IMG/VR virus record: IMGVR_UViG_642979322_000011
Source of the DNA: a virus
Lineage: Duplodnaviria; Heunggongvirae; Uroviricota; Caudoviricetes
Direction: 5' to 3' (one strand)
DNA length: 64,000 bases
Each line of letters begins with the position of its first letter. Within the stretch, counting starts at the first letter, position 1. The position numbers and the translations under genes were made by a program. The notes beneath the pieces are model-generated. The model did not search any database. It had not been told where the DNA came from and saw only the letters and a list, made by a program, of their open reading frames with translations. This document shows, in pieces, positions 9,751-18,434 of this stretch.

Positions 9751-10163
9751 TCTGACAATTCGTTGATCAAGTCACGGTATTTATTCAGTTCTTGCAACGC
9801 CTTACATGCACCCTCCCATCGTTTCTGTTTCCGCCCGGCGCGGCGCGCTTCTTTCCGTGATTTACGTAGCAGGTCGCCTATAATGTTGTGCTGCACTGGC
9901 TGCACTGGCTGCACTGGCTGCACTGGCTGCACTGGCTGCACTGGCTGCACTGGCTGCACTGGCTGCACTGAGGCGATATTTGGTTTTTTGTCCACTTCCC
10001 TTGCAACTGCCTGCCAGATGCCATTTTTTACAGTTACTACCCCCTGGTTTTTTAACTTCCATAGAGTGTCAATAACGTCATTCAAATCAATATTGAGACC
10101 TTTAGAAATACTTTCGGCTGATGCTTTTCCTAATTTGTTCAATTCTGTGAGCACTGCGTTCAT
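9747..10163 (-). CDS. Hypothetical phage protein with PVQ tandem repeat
   Basis: ORF encodes (VQP)x9 from a 9-bp DNA tandem repeat. Confidence 0.55.
   Translation of the reverse strand: MNAVLTELNKLGKASAESISKGLNIDLNDVIDTLWKLKNQGVVTVKNGIWQAVAREVDKKPNIASVQPVQPVQPVQPVQPVQPVQPVQPVQHNIIGDLLRKSRKEARRAGRKQKRWEGACKALQELNKYRDLINELSE
9891..9969. repeat. 9-bp tandem repeat CTGCACTGG, about 8.7 copies
   Basis: Perfect head-to-tail copies visible in sequence, in frame within CDS 9747-10163. Confidence 0.9.
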
Positions 10164-10198
10164 TTTTTTCTCCTGATATTTTAATGTCGGTGGGGCTG

Positions 10199-10411
10199 TT
10201 ATACGGTTGGTGAGGTGTCAGCTTCTTCTACCAGCTTTTCCAGTTCATCCAGCTTTCGGGAAAGAATTTCACCAAACAGATGAAGTTCTGCATCTGCTGT
10301 AATCGGGATTGGAACAAATCGTATTCCACTTCTGGCAAGTTGATTTGCGATTTCCAGACACTGCCTTAATTCAACTGGTGATGCCTTTGTCAACGTCGTT
10401 TTTTCGCTCAT
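10199..10411 (-). CDS. Small phage protein, paralogue of 17411-17602
   Basis: ASPVELRQCLEIANQLARSGIRFVPIPI vs ASPVELRTSIEMAHSLAQIGVRFVPIPV; start re-set to internal ATG (MSEKTTL). Confidence 0.5.
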   Translation of the reverse strand: MSEKTTLTKASPVELRQCLEIANQLARSGIRFVPIPITADAELHLFGEILSRKLDELEKLVEEADTSPTV

Positions 10412-10997
10412 TGGTTTTCTCCAGAAATTTAACAATACCCGGAACCATCTCAATGGATGGTGTGCCGCATTGGTTACCCCATACATCAAATCCATGCGAG
10501 GTGTGGCGGGCGAACAGTTCTATCCGGGGAACATCGCCAAGAAGTTGCACAAGTTTTTCTCGAGCCATATCCGGCTTGCGGGAGTGATCAAGGCGTGGTG
10601 CAGTGAATGACTGGATTATTCCGGCGTTAATGCGTTCGGGCAGATTTCCTTTCACTGCAAAAAGGCAGTCTTCGCTGTTAGCGCGAGTGGTGCTACCCAT
10701 ACCCATGACCAGCTTGTCGGTCTGTCTTTTCCCGCATTTGTTCCAGGTTAATCCTTTCATCGTCACCAGACGAAAGCCCCACGCTTCTACAACCTTCAAT
10801 GCTTCAAGTGGTTGTGTAGGCACCCACCACATAGCCAACAGGCAATTCTCGGCTGCCAGTTCCCATACCGGGAGGCGGCAGATATCCAGAAGACTCATGA
10901 CCGGATATTTAAAACTTGCACCGCGTTGACCATCGGTTGCTTTGTCGCGGAATGTCCAGGGGGGATCTGCGTAAATGAGGGTGTATTTTTTCGTCAT
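10371..10997 (-). CDS. Orphan N6-adenine DNA methyltransferase, MT-A70 family
   Basis: IYADPPW (DPPW catalytic motif) near N-terminus; ATG start confirmed. Confidence 0.75.
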   Translation of the reverse strand: MTKKYTLIYADPPWTFRDKATDGQRGASFKYPVMSLLDICRLPVWELAAENCLLAMWWVPTQPLEALKVVEAWGFRLVTMKGLTWNKCGKRQTDKLVMGMGSTTRANSEDCLFAVKGNLPERINAGIIQSFTAPRLDHSRKPDMAREKLVQLLGDVPRIELFARHTSHGFDVWGNQCGTPSIEMVPGIVKFLEKTNERKNDVDKGITS

Positions 10998-11425
10998 AGC
11001 GCGTTTTCAAACTCATCAATGTAAAGTCCTGCTTTAATCAGTCGGCGACGGCGTTCGGCCTTTTGCACGTATTCCTCGCGACAGTTTTTTGCTGCGTGTT
11101 CACGGCTTCTGCGACTGAATGGAGGAACGGCATTGCGTGAGCGAGGTGTGTCACGACGAGGATTTGATTCGAGGGAGAAAAAGCGATCAACGATTCCGGT
11201 GTCTGTGGTGAATGGTTCTGAAGCCTTTATTTTCACAACCTTACTGCCCTTTGTCAGGCCGCGAGCTACCTTGTTGAACTCGCAAAGTGAAACACCAAAT
11301 TTCTCTGCTATTTCACTGCCAGTAACAGGACGACCACGAGACTGAATCATCCAGGTGACGCGTTCTTTTAACCCACGGAAGGCACCGGGCCTTCCAGAAC
11401 GCCTGTAGAAAGCGATCTGTTTCAA
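10994..11425 (-). CDS. Hypothetical HTH protein
   Basis: TTG start with GGAGA RBS (alternative ATG at 11350); HTH-like VTGSEIAEKFGVS. Confidence 0.45.
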   Translation of the reverse strand: MKQIAFYRRSGRPGAFRGLKERVTWMIQSRGRPVTGSEIAEKFGVSLCEFNKVARGLTKGSKVVKIKASEPFTTDTGIVDRFFSLESNPRRDTPRSRNAVPPFSRRSREHAAKNCREEYVQKAERRRRLIKAGLYIDEFENAL

Positions 11426-11439
11426 ATTTTTGTCTCCAG

Positions 11440-11462
11440 ATATGAAAACCCCGACGGGATGT
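11440..11462 (-). terminator. Rho-independent terminator
   Basis: Minus strand CCCCGAC-5nt-GTCGGGG followed by TTTT, downstream of CDS 11481-12158. Confidence 0.5.
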
Positions 11463-11790
11463 CGGGGATGGTAGGGGAAGTTACAGGCTTAACGAGAAGC
11501 CTTTTCGGGAATTTCGATCTGACAGTCTTGAAATATCCTGTAGCGTGCGGCGCATTTCTTCCGTCAGATGTTTGAAGGCGTTAAATTCAGCGACAGCCGC
11601 ATCGACGTTATAGCCCTTGCTGTGTAGTTCGTTGAGGATACGCATGGTTGGGCTTGGCATGTCGAAGAGTACAGAAACGTCCAGGTTAAGAGTTTTTCGA
11701 TCAACATAGCTCATCATGGAGTAGGGGTGGTGCTCTGAAAACCACGATAGAGGGTAGTTGATAGATAGTGTTGATTCTGGAAGCTGAAGT
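11440..11790. repeat. Copy A of a ~350-bp intra-prophage repeat
   Basis: About 90% identical to 20235-20580 by eye; covers the 3' end of an antirepressor gene plus its terminator. Confidence 0.75.
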
Positions 11791-12158
11791 TGTTCTGGGA
11801 TTTTTTGACTGAAATAGCAGTCTTCCAGTTTTTCGAACACTTCCCACGCCCGATCGGTTTCGAGCATTTTTGCGTGACGGGCTGCGCCGCGTTCTGTCCA
11901 GAGGATGAGGGAGCGAACGTTACGGGCGATTTTCACAGAGTAGTTAAAAGCTACTCTGTGCTTGAACTCACGTAAAGTTTCACCTTCAAGTTTGAAGAAG
12001 TGTTTTTCCTCAATGAAACGACCTTTGTTTTCGTGGTGATTCTGGCGAATACGAATAGCTTCTGTGCCGTAAAGGTGCGCCAAAAGTTCGGTAGTGATAA
12101 CGGGGATCTGCTTGTAAGTAATCGTGGAGAGTGTTTCAACAGAAACTTGAGTTGTCAT
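11481..12158 (-). CDS. Antirepressor-like protein (ORF6N-type N-terminal domain, shared Rha-type C-terminal domain)
   Basis: N-terminus IPVITTELLAHLYGTEAIRIRQNHHENKGRFIEEKHFFKLEGETLREFK; C-terminal ~100 aa nearly identical to 20276-20923. Confidence 0.6.
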   Translation of the reverse strand: MTTQVSVETLSTITYKQIPVITTELLAHLYGTEAIRIRQNHHENKGRFIEEKHFFKLEGETLREFKHRVAFNYSVKIARNVRSLILWTERGAARHAKMLETDRAWEVFEKLEDCYFSQKIPEQLQLPESTLSINYPLSWFSEHHPYSMMSYVDRKTLNLDVSVLFDMPSPTMRILNELHSKGYNVDAAVAEFNAFKHLTEEMRRTLQDISRLSDRNSRKGFSLSL

Positions 12159-12481
12159 TATGACGCCCTCGAGTGGTTTCTAAACTATCACCACCGTTAG
12201 GTTCGAATCATCGGGTGGTGAGACGTACAGGGTTCGAACTACCGGGAAACCAACCGGCGAGCTTTTCAGCTCCCCTATACGCCCCACCATAATTCAGATG
12301 TGCGCGTGCATACGACAATAAAAAACACGCTCGCGGCGTGTCTCTGTCGCGGTTTCTATCCGGGGTTCGAATCCCGACGGTCAACTCGACCGTGCGAAGA
12401 ATATAATCCCGGATATGTGTTGTCGTCAACAAGTGGCGTGCTATCATCGAATAGTGTTCTATCCTACTCAGTGAGGTTTAA

Positions 12482-12740
12482 CATGCGTACAACCCAACAA
12501 TTCAGCATTACATTAACCAACGAAATGGCTGACATGGTGCGCGCCCGTGTGGCTTCCGGTGCATACGCTTCAGAAAGCGAAGTTATTCGTGAAGGGCTTC
12601 GTGCACTGAATGAACGCGACAAAGCAATGGAAGCGTGGTTAATACACTCAGCCGCGCCGCCACTCGACGCTATTCGTGAGAACCTAGGCAAAGGGCACTC
12701 CATTTCACAGGTTCGCTCTGAGATTCGCGCCCGGAAGTAA
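12482..12740 (+). CDS. ParD-family (RHH, COG3609-like) antitoxin homologue
   Basis: MADMVRARVASGAYASESEVIREGLRALNERDKAMEAWL matches the ParD pattern (GEYATASEIVREAVR...); GAGG RBS; no ParE/RelE-like ORF follows. Confidence 0.65.
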
Positions 12741-12826
12741 TCTGCATGGCATATGAAGTGCCACACTAACAAACTGCTCCAGGTATGGGAATAGTGTCAC
12801 TTGCAGCACCTATTAGAGATCCGATA

Positions 12827-13066
12827 ATGAACATCATAGCAAGGTTCTTTTATTTGATAATTTTCTGCATGGCAACATCAGGATGCACTACCACTACGAA
12901 AATAAATCGCGGAGATGAAAAGGAACAGTACATCATTGCCTGTGGTGCCGCTACACCATGGGGAGTATGCTATGATAAAGCCAATGCCCTATGTAAAAAT
13001 GGATATAAAGACATTTTAAAGGAACAGGGATTTAACAGGAAAGAATTAACCATTGAGTGTAAATAA
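12827..13066 (+). CDS. Small lipoprotein (79 aa), unknown function
   Basis: Signal peptide MNIIARFFYLIIFCMATSGC with lipobox TSG-C; four more Cys; AT-rich. Confidence 0.5.
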   Translation: MNIIARFFYLIIFCMATSGCTTTTKINRGDEKEQYIIACGAATPWGVCYDKANALCKNGYKDILKEQGFNRKELTIECK

Positions 13067-13155
13067 GGCCATCATTTGCAACGTTGAAAAAATTCGCCCG
13101 TGCTACAGGGAAAAAACTCCAGATCCGCTTCGTTTAACTACGAGGATTACCACTA

Positions 13156-13461
13156 ATGGCGATGTTTACCCCCCCTCATCCTGGAGAAATTATTGCTGAT
13201 ATTCTGGAAGATCAGAATATTGGAATCAGGGAACTGGCAAGAGCGCTTGATGTCGCGCCTTCCACTGTTCAGCGACTGGTTTCAGGTAATGCGACAATAT
13301 CTCCTGAAATGGCTGTTCGTCTCGCTGCTGTCCTGGGGGGAACTCCGTCTTCATGGATTCGTCTCCAGACGGCATGGAGCCTTGAAAAAGCGGAAAGAGA
13401 AGTTGACGTATCTCATCTCTCAACAAAATACCGCCCGGCAGAAATTTCGCCTCATGCTTAA
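13156..13461 (+). CDS. HigA-family antitoxin homologue (XRE-HTH)
   Basis: HPGEIIADILEDQNIGIRELARALDVAPSTVQRLVSGNATISPEMAVRLAAVLGGTPSSWIRLQTAWSLEKAE closely matches recalled E. coli HigA; GAGGA RBS; no HigB-like ORF upstream. Confidence 0.7.
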   Translation: MAMFTPPHPGEIIADILEDQNIGIRELARALDVAPSTVQRLVSGNATISPEMAVRLAAVLGGTPSSWIRLQTAWSLEKAEREVDVSHLSTKYRPAEISPHA

Positions 13462-13503
13462 CCACCGCGCCGTCATTCTGGCGGCGTCGGAGAGTGGAGG
13501 ATA

Positions 13504-14242
13504 TCAGGTTCCGAATTCTGCGTTGTTCTCCGCGTCCAGGATTTCTTCAATCTTCCGTACTCCCCGATTATTGTATCGGAAGCTTTCTACCTGCTTATCC
13601 GAATACGGGGATTTGTCGATGAACCATTTCCCGTATTGTTCGGTTTTGAGCATGTAGGTATTGGCAATGCGACCAACCTTGTTAGCGGATATTTTGAGTT
13701 TTGCTCCAACTTCTGACGCCGAATAGTAATGTTCATTAATCATCGGTAGCGGGATTACGTTAGCGCCTACAACGGGATTAACCAGGCTGGCGGCAACGAC
13801 TTGTTTAGCTTCAGGGGCAAGGTTGGGGAGGAAGCCGAAAAGGTCTTTCATTGTATCGACGGTCATTTTCAGCGCCCGTGCTTTACGGAATTCCTCAAGG
13901 CCGTTAGTCGAATGTTTCGAGGTGATTTTTTGTTGCAGTTGCTGTTGCATTGACTCCAGTTGATCGACCAGCGAACGACGGACGGATTTAGATTCACGAG
14001 CGGCAACCCGAAGCGCTTGTTTATAGGTCATCACAATAACAACCTGATCCGCACCGCCTTTTTTCTTATCCATGGGGGTTACGAAAATTTCGTAACCCCC
14101 CCCCATCAAGTTCATCTTTGATGCGTGCAATGAAGTCGTTGTTGCGTACTTCTTTTTCACCGCACAGTCTCCGCGCTTCATTCACCATTTTCAACAGAGC
14201 CTGGCTGTCGATAGTTCCATTTTTCATTACATTATTTTTCAT
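13504..14242 (-). pseudogene. Phage protein split by a frameshift in a C9/G9 homopolymer
   Basis: N-terminal frame from ATG 14242 (MKNNVMKNGTIDSQALLKMVNEARRLCGEK...) stops shortly after the run at 14096-14104; C-terminal frame is track ORF 13504-14181. Confidence 0.5.
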
Positions 14243-14335
14243 CGTTTTAACCTCTCAAGCTCGCCGTAGCGAGTTCAGATAAAAGAAATCCCCGCGAGTG
14301 CGAGGATTCTTATTCACCTTTGACCAAGTTGCAGG

Positions 14336-14959
14336 TTAGCCACGGTTAACCTCCTGCGGCGGTTCTGGTAGCGGCATCCAGTGAGTTGCTTGCTCAATAC
14401 CATTACCCGGCTTAATCGTTGCATCTCCGCGCCGAAAGGTGCTTCCGGTATAGCGTGCGGAGCATATTAGCGGTTCAACCAGAGAGCTATCGAAATTCAC
14501 CGAAATAAGCACGTTCTGGCCCTTTTCAGGCATTCGATCACTACAGCTTATCCAACTATCCGGAGTTACCGGAGAGTTACCAGCCTCATAAGCGGATTTC
14601 ATCCAGTGCGTAAGCGTTTCGATGCTTACACATCCGCAATCAACGTCTATTTTTTCTTTTTGTTCTGACAACCATTCCTGGAATGACAGCTTGGCAGTCT
14701 GGCTTGCTGGATCAATTCGTGGCAGGCCGATATATAGTGGTACATTTCCCGGCTCCATCGAATTGTCGGGACAAATAAACGTGTTACAACCATATTTAAC
14801 GAGCTCAATTCCCACTGTGTCGATAGTGGCGAATGGTTCAGTGGTCAATGCAGTCAACGCAATTTCATAAGCACGGCGCTCAATATTATCTCGCACGTCC
14901 AGGCTGCCGATTCGCTCTTTGATTTCTTTAATCATTTCTTTGTCGGTGAACGTTGTCAT
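14336..14959 (-). CDS. Hypothetical phage protein with C-terminal WMPLPEPP motif
   Basis: ORF; C-terminus HWMPLPEPP recurs in lambdoid hypothetical proteins. Confidence 0.5.
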   Translation of the reverse strand: MTTFTDKEMIKEIKERIGSLDVRDNIERRAYEIALTALTTEPFATIDTVGIELVKYGCNTFICPDNSMEPGNVPLYIGLPRIDPASQTAKLSFQEWLSEQKEKIDVDCGCVSIETLTHWMKSAYEAGNSPVTPDSWISCSDRMPEKGQNVLISVNFDSSLVEPLICSARYTGSTFRRGDATIKPGNGIEQATHWMPLPEPPQEVNRG

Positions 14960-14962
14960 GTG

Positions 14963-15250
14963 TTAGTCCTTATCCACTTCAACGCCATCTTTCAGCGTGA
15001 TGCCGTGCCAATCATCAGCCCAACTGGTTAACCCAGGCGCATCAATGCTAGGCATATAGACGCTTGCAGTGTGGTAGCCCTTATCGTTATCAATGCTGGC
15101 AACGTGCTCGCCGTTGTATGCGCTCAGCGTGTCTAGGACACTATAAAACTTTCCTCCGGCTGCCCTGAAATCCTTTACAGCCTTCACAAGACGATTCCAC
15201 GCTTTTTCCTGTTCTGGCGTCAGGTCGATTAATTCCTGCAAAGTTGCCAT
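14963..15250 (-). CDS. Hypothetical phage protein
   Basis: ATG at 15250 with AAGGA RBS (MATLQELIDL...). Confidence 0.45.
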   Translation of the reverse strand: MATLQELIDLTPEQEKAWNRLVKAVKDFRAAGGKFYSVLDTLSAYNGEHVASIDNDKGYHTASVYMPSIDAPGLTSWADDWHGITLKDGVEVDKD

Positions 15251-15471
15251 TTCAGTTTTCCTTATATGGGTTAATTTTATTGTGCAGTGTGTTGAACGAC
15301 GCCCATACCACGTCGTTATACAACTCAATAACTAGCTCAATTATTTTCCCGATTGCCCAGACAAAAATTAGCGGGGATATCGGTGTCATCAACACGATAA
15401 ACAGAATGAGAAACAAAAATTCTGTCGCTCTACTTTTTCGCGGATATTCTTTTCTGAATAATGTAGGCACA

Positions 15472-15687
15472 TCACTCTCCTTTGTTGCTCCTCAAAATTT
15501 TATGCCCTGGCGCAAAAGCACGCGTTTTGTCTTTGCTTATTCGCCAGCCATCCTTGCGCGCCTCTTTTGCACAGCCAGCCCATGACGTACCGATATACTC
15601 ACCGAAGTCTGGCGACTTATATTTGCCATCTGTACACTGGAGGCAATCACAATAGAGATGCATGGTGTAACTTGCAGCAATAGCCAT
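15472..15687 (-). CDS. Hypothetical Cys-rich small protein
   Basis: ATG at 15687 with AGGAG RBS; CDCLQC motif. Confidence 0.4.
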   Translation of the reverse strand: MAIAASYTMHLYCDCLQCTDGKYKSPDFGEYIGTSWAGCAKEARKDGWRISKDKTRAFAPGHKILRSNKGE

Positions 15688-15688
15688 A

Positions 15689-15877
15689 TCACTCTCCTTT
15701 AGTGCGCAAGTGGTTTTTCCAGCGGTTTTGCTCCGCGCTGGGCTTTTTGCAAAAACCACAATCCATCATCCCGTAATATTTCATCAACCCCATCCGTCGG
15801 TTGCTGAGTCTCACCCACTGCCAGACGCCAGGAGCGTTTCTACGAACTAACAGAATCTTTGCTTTACGGTTTTTCAT
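15689..15877 (-). CDS. Hypothetical small protein
   Basis: ATG at 15877 with AGGAGA RBS; the longer track ORF overlaps the upstream gene. Confidence 0.35.
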   Translation of the reverse strand: MKNRKAKILLVRRNAPGVWQWVRLSNRRMGLMKYYGMMDCGFCKKPSAEQNRWKNHLRTKGE

Positions 15878-16028
15878 CGTTTTGCTCTCCTGCATCTCTT
15901 TGCTGCTCGTCGTGCCGCTGCAATACCGGTATGGCGGCGCTTTGGTGTCGGGATGATGTTCTTTGCAATTAGCGCAGAAGCCCAAAAACGAGTCGGATAC
16001 GGTAACAAGCCGATACATGCCACACGCA

Positions 16029-16802
16029 TTACTCACCTCTTTTGATGCGAATGCCAGCGGCGCGCTCGGCTTCACTTTGTTCCCAAAACCACTTGTGAAG
16101 CGCCATAAGCTTTTCGTCAATCGGTGCATATTTGCGATTAAAGTAGGCCTGAGCATCTTTCTCAGATTCGTCCGGTAATTCGCCAGGGCCAAACAGTGTG
16201 TTATAAATCCATGCTAGTCCGCTCTTAGCGTCGCCAGTTGCCTGCCATTCGATAATGGCAGCCTGCATGACCAGAATGTTTTTCCCGATTAATAGGTCCA
16301 GTTCTTTGTACCGGTTGCGGATGTATGCATTCTCGCTTTGTAATTTTGCGTTGCGCTTTTCTGAGGCTTCAAGTAACGCCTGCTTATCGCGTAGAGCTTC
16401 TTCCAGTTCAGCAACATGGCATTCACTATCAATAAGGTTGTTCTCTGCTGCTTCAAGCTCAACACGCAGCTTCCCAACCGTAAGCGCAATCTCCTCGTTC
16501 TCCTGGTCGCGGCGTTTGATGTATTGCTGGTTTCTTTCCTGTTCATCCAGCAGTGCCAGCACGGTAGCCGGGTTAGCCTCTGCTATGAATTCAGCGTTTG
16601 CATAAGCCTGATCATCTGATTCAATCAGGCAGTTAACATGACATTCCGCAATCACGCCACCGGGTTCTCCTTTCCATTTTTGGCAAACAAAAACTCCTGT
16701 TAAATTGCCGTGCTGGTTAACAGATGTATGCCCTACGATGTAGCTTCCTTTAGTTGCTTTCTCTGCCTTTTCACGCAGTGCCTGATAATTAATTTCGCTC
16801 AC
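16029..16802 (-). CDS. Ead/Ea22-like coiled-coil protein
   Basis: Coiled-coil acidic protein in lambda ea22 position. Confidence 0.5.
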   Translation of the reverse strand: MSEINYQALREKAEKATKGSYIVGHTSVNQHGNLTGVFVCQKWKGEPGGVIAECHVNCLIESDDQAYANAEFIAEANPATVLALLDEQERNQQYIKRRDQENEEIALTVGKLRVELEAAENNLIDSECHVAELEEALRDKQALLEASEKRNAKLQSENAYIRNRYKELDLLIGKNILVMQAAIIEWQATGDAKSGLAWIYNTLFGPGELPDESEKDAQAYFNRKYAPIDEKLMALHKWFWEQSEAERAAGIRIKRGE

Positions 16803-17020
16803 TTCGAACCTCTCTGTTTACTGATAAGCTCCAGATCCTCCTGGCAACTTGCACAAGTCCGACAACCCTGAACGGCCAGGCGTCTTCGCTCATCTATGGG
16901 ATCGCCACACTCACAACAATGAGTGGCAGATATAGCCTGGTGGTTCAGGCGGCGCATTTTTATTGCTGTGTTGCGCTGTAATTCTTCAATTTCTGATGCT
17001 GAATCAATGAGGTCTGCCAT
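16799..17020 (-). CDS. TraR/DksA-family C4 zinc-finger protein
   Basis: CCECGDPIDERRRLAVQGCRTCASC four-Cys motif in a 73-aa protein. Confidence 0.65.
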   Translation of the reverse strand: MADLIDSASEIEELQRNTAIKMRRLNHQAISATHCCECGDPIDERRRLAVQGCRTCASCQEDLELISKQRGSK

Positions 17021-17073
17021 CTTTCATTAATCCCTGAATTGTTGGTTAATACGCTTGAGGGTGAATGCGAATA

Positions 17074-17096
17074 ATAAAAAAGGAGCCTGTAGCTCC
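17074..17096 (-). terminator. Rho-independent terminator
   Basis: Minus strand GGAGC-5nt-GCTCC followed by TTTTTTATT. Confidence 0.5.
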
Positions 17097-17118
17097 CTGA
17101 TGATTTTGCTTTTCATGT

Positions 17119-17334
17119 TCACCGTTCCTTAAAGACGCCGTTTAACATGCCGATCGCCAGACTTAAATGAGTCGGTGTGAATCCCATTAGCGTTACCGTT
17201 TCGCGGTGCTTCTTCAGTACGCTACGGCAAATGTCATCGACGTTTTTATCCGGAAACTGCTGTCTGGCTTTTTTGATTTCAGAATTAGCCTGACGGGCAA
17301 TGCTGCGAAGGGCGTTTTCCTGCTGAGGTGTCAT
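17119..17334 (-). CDS. Hypothetical phage protein
   Basis: ATG at 17334 (MTPQQENALRS...). Confidence 0.4.
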   Translation of the reverse strand: MTPQQENALRSIARQANSEIKKARQQFPDKNVDDICRSVLKKHRETVTLMGFTPTHLSLAIGMLNGVFKER

Positions 17335-17410
17335 TGAACAAGTCCCATGTCGGCAAGCATAAGCACACAGAATATGAAGCCTGCTGCCAGAAAAATGCAT
17401 TCTGTTGTTG

Positions 17411-17602
17411 TCATGCCGGGTCTCTCTCGTTTGCTTCTGCTTTCGCCGCCATCATTTCCAGCTTTTGTGAAAGGGATGTGGCTAACGTATGAAATTCTTC
17501 GTCTGTTTCTACTGGTATTGGCACAAACCTGACTCCAATTTGAGCGAGGCTATGTGCCATCTCGATACTCGTTCTTAACTCAACGGGAGATGCTTTGTGC
17601 AT
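17411..17602 (-). CDS. Small phage protein, paralogue of 10199-10411
   Basis: Shared ASPVELR...GxRFVPIP core. Confidence 0.45.
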   Translation of the reverse strand: MHKASPVELRTSIEMAHSLAQIGVRFVPIPVETDEEFHTLATSLSQKLEMMAAKAEANERDPA

Positions 17603-17753
17603 ACAGCTCCCCGTTTATTATTTATCTCCTCAGCCAGCCGCTGTGCTTTCAGGGGATTTCTGATAACAGAAAGGCCGGGAAATACCCAGCCTCGCTTTGT
17701 AACGGAGTAGACGAAAGTGATCGCACCTACCCGGATATTATCGTGAGGATGCT

Positions 17754-18434
17754 TCATCGCCATTGCTCCCCAAATACAAAACCAATTTCAGCCAGTGCCT
17801 CGTCCATTTTTTCGATGAACTCCGGCACCATCTCATCAAAACTCGCCATGTACTTTTCATCCCGCTCGACCACGACATAATGCAGGCCTTCACGCTTCAT
17901 GCGTGGGTCGTAGTTGGCGAAGTACCAGGCGTCCTTGTCTGTAACCCACATGCTGAATTGCACCTGGGCCATGTAAGCAGGCTTGATAGCGTCAAAGCCG
18001 CCAAGCCGGAATTTCATGAAGTCGCGGGAAGTAAAAGGGCATTTAAGCTCAAGACCGTTACCGTCGCTGCATAAACCGTCGGGAGAGCAGGCGGTGCGCA
18101 TGCTTTCGTCACGAAAAATTATTGGCGTTTCCGAGACGGTAACATCCGCGATAAATTCGAAGAGGGCACGGGCATCATCTTCGTATTGCTTTCCCCATGC
18201 GAGCGACTTAGCGTTAACTTCCGGTGCCACGCCAGTACAAACTTCAGCCAGCAGGGTGTGGAAGTATGACATTTTTGTATCAGGCCATTTGCTGCCGGAA
18301 CGTGGCTTTGCTATCACATTGTGAACTTCTGAAGCAGTGATAACACCGAGTCTCAGCTTGTGCCATCCATCATCGCCCTGGTCGAGGCTGGTAATATCCA
18401 CGCCAGTTCGCTGGAGAATAATTTCTGGTGTCAT
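17754..18434 (-). CDS. exo: Lambda-type exonuclease (Red-alpha)
   Basis: Near-identical to recalled lambda Exo over full length ([11 protein letters not shown]...GFVFGEQWR). Confidence 0.9.
   Translation of the reverse strand: MTPEIILQRTGVDITSLDQGDDGWHKLRLGVITASEVHNVIAKPRSGSKWPDTKMSYFHTLLAEVCTGVAPEVNAKSLAWGKQYEDDARALFEFIADVTVSETPIIFRDESMRTACSPDGLCSDGNGLELKCPFTSRDFMKFRLGGFDAIKPAYMAQVQFSMWVTDKDAWYFANYDPRMKREGLHYVVVERDEKYMASFDEMVPEFIEKMDEALAEIGFVFGEQWR

Noticed and set aside
9891-9969. Possible CRISPR array suggested by perfect short tandem repeats
   Set aside because: The unit is only 9 bp with no spacers, lies in frame inside a CDS, and no cas genes are present; it is a coding VNTR
12160-12480. 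Possible intact tRNA genes suggested by GGTTCGAAT T-loop motifs
   Set aside because: No candidate folds into a full cloverleaf with acceptor and anticodon arms; reported only as a finding
15689-16192. 167-codon track ORF overlapping the Ea22-like gene
   Set aside because: Overlaps the better-supported upstream gene by about 160 nt and starts without an RBS; only the distal 62 codons with AGGAGA RBS were kept
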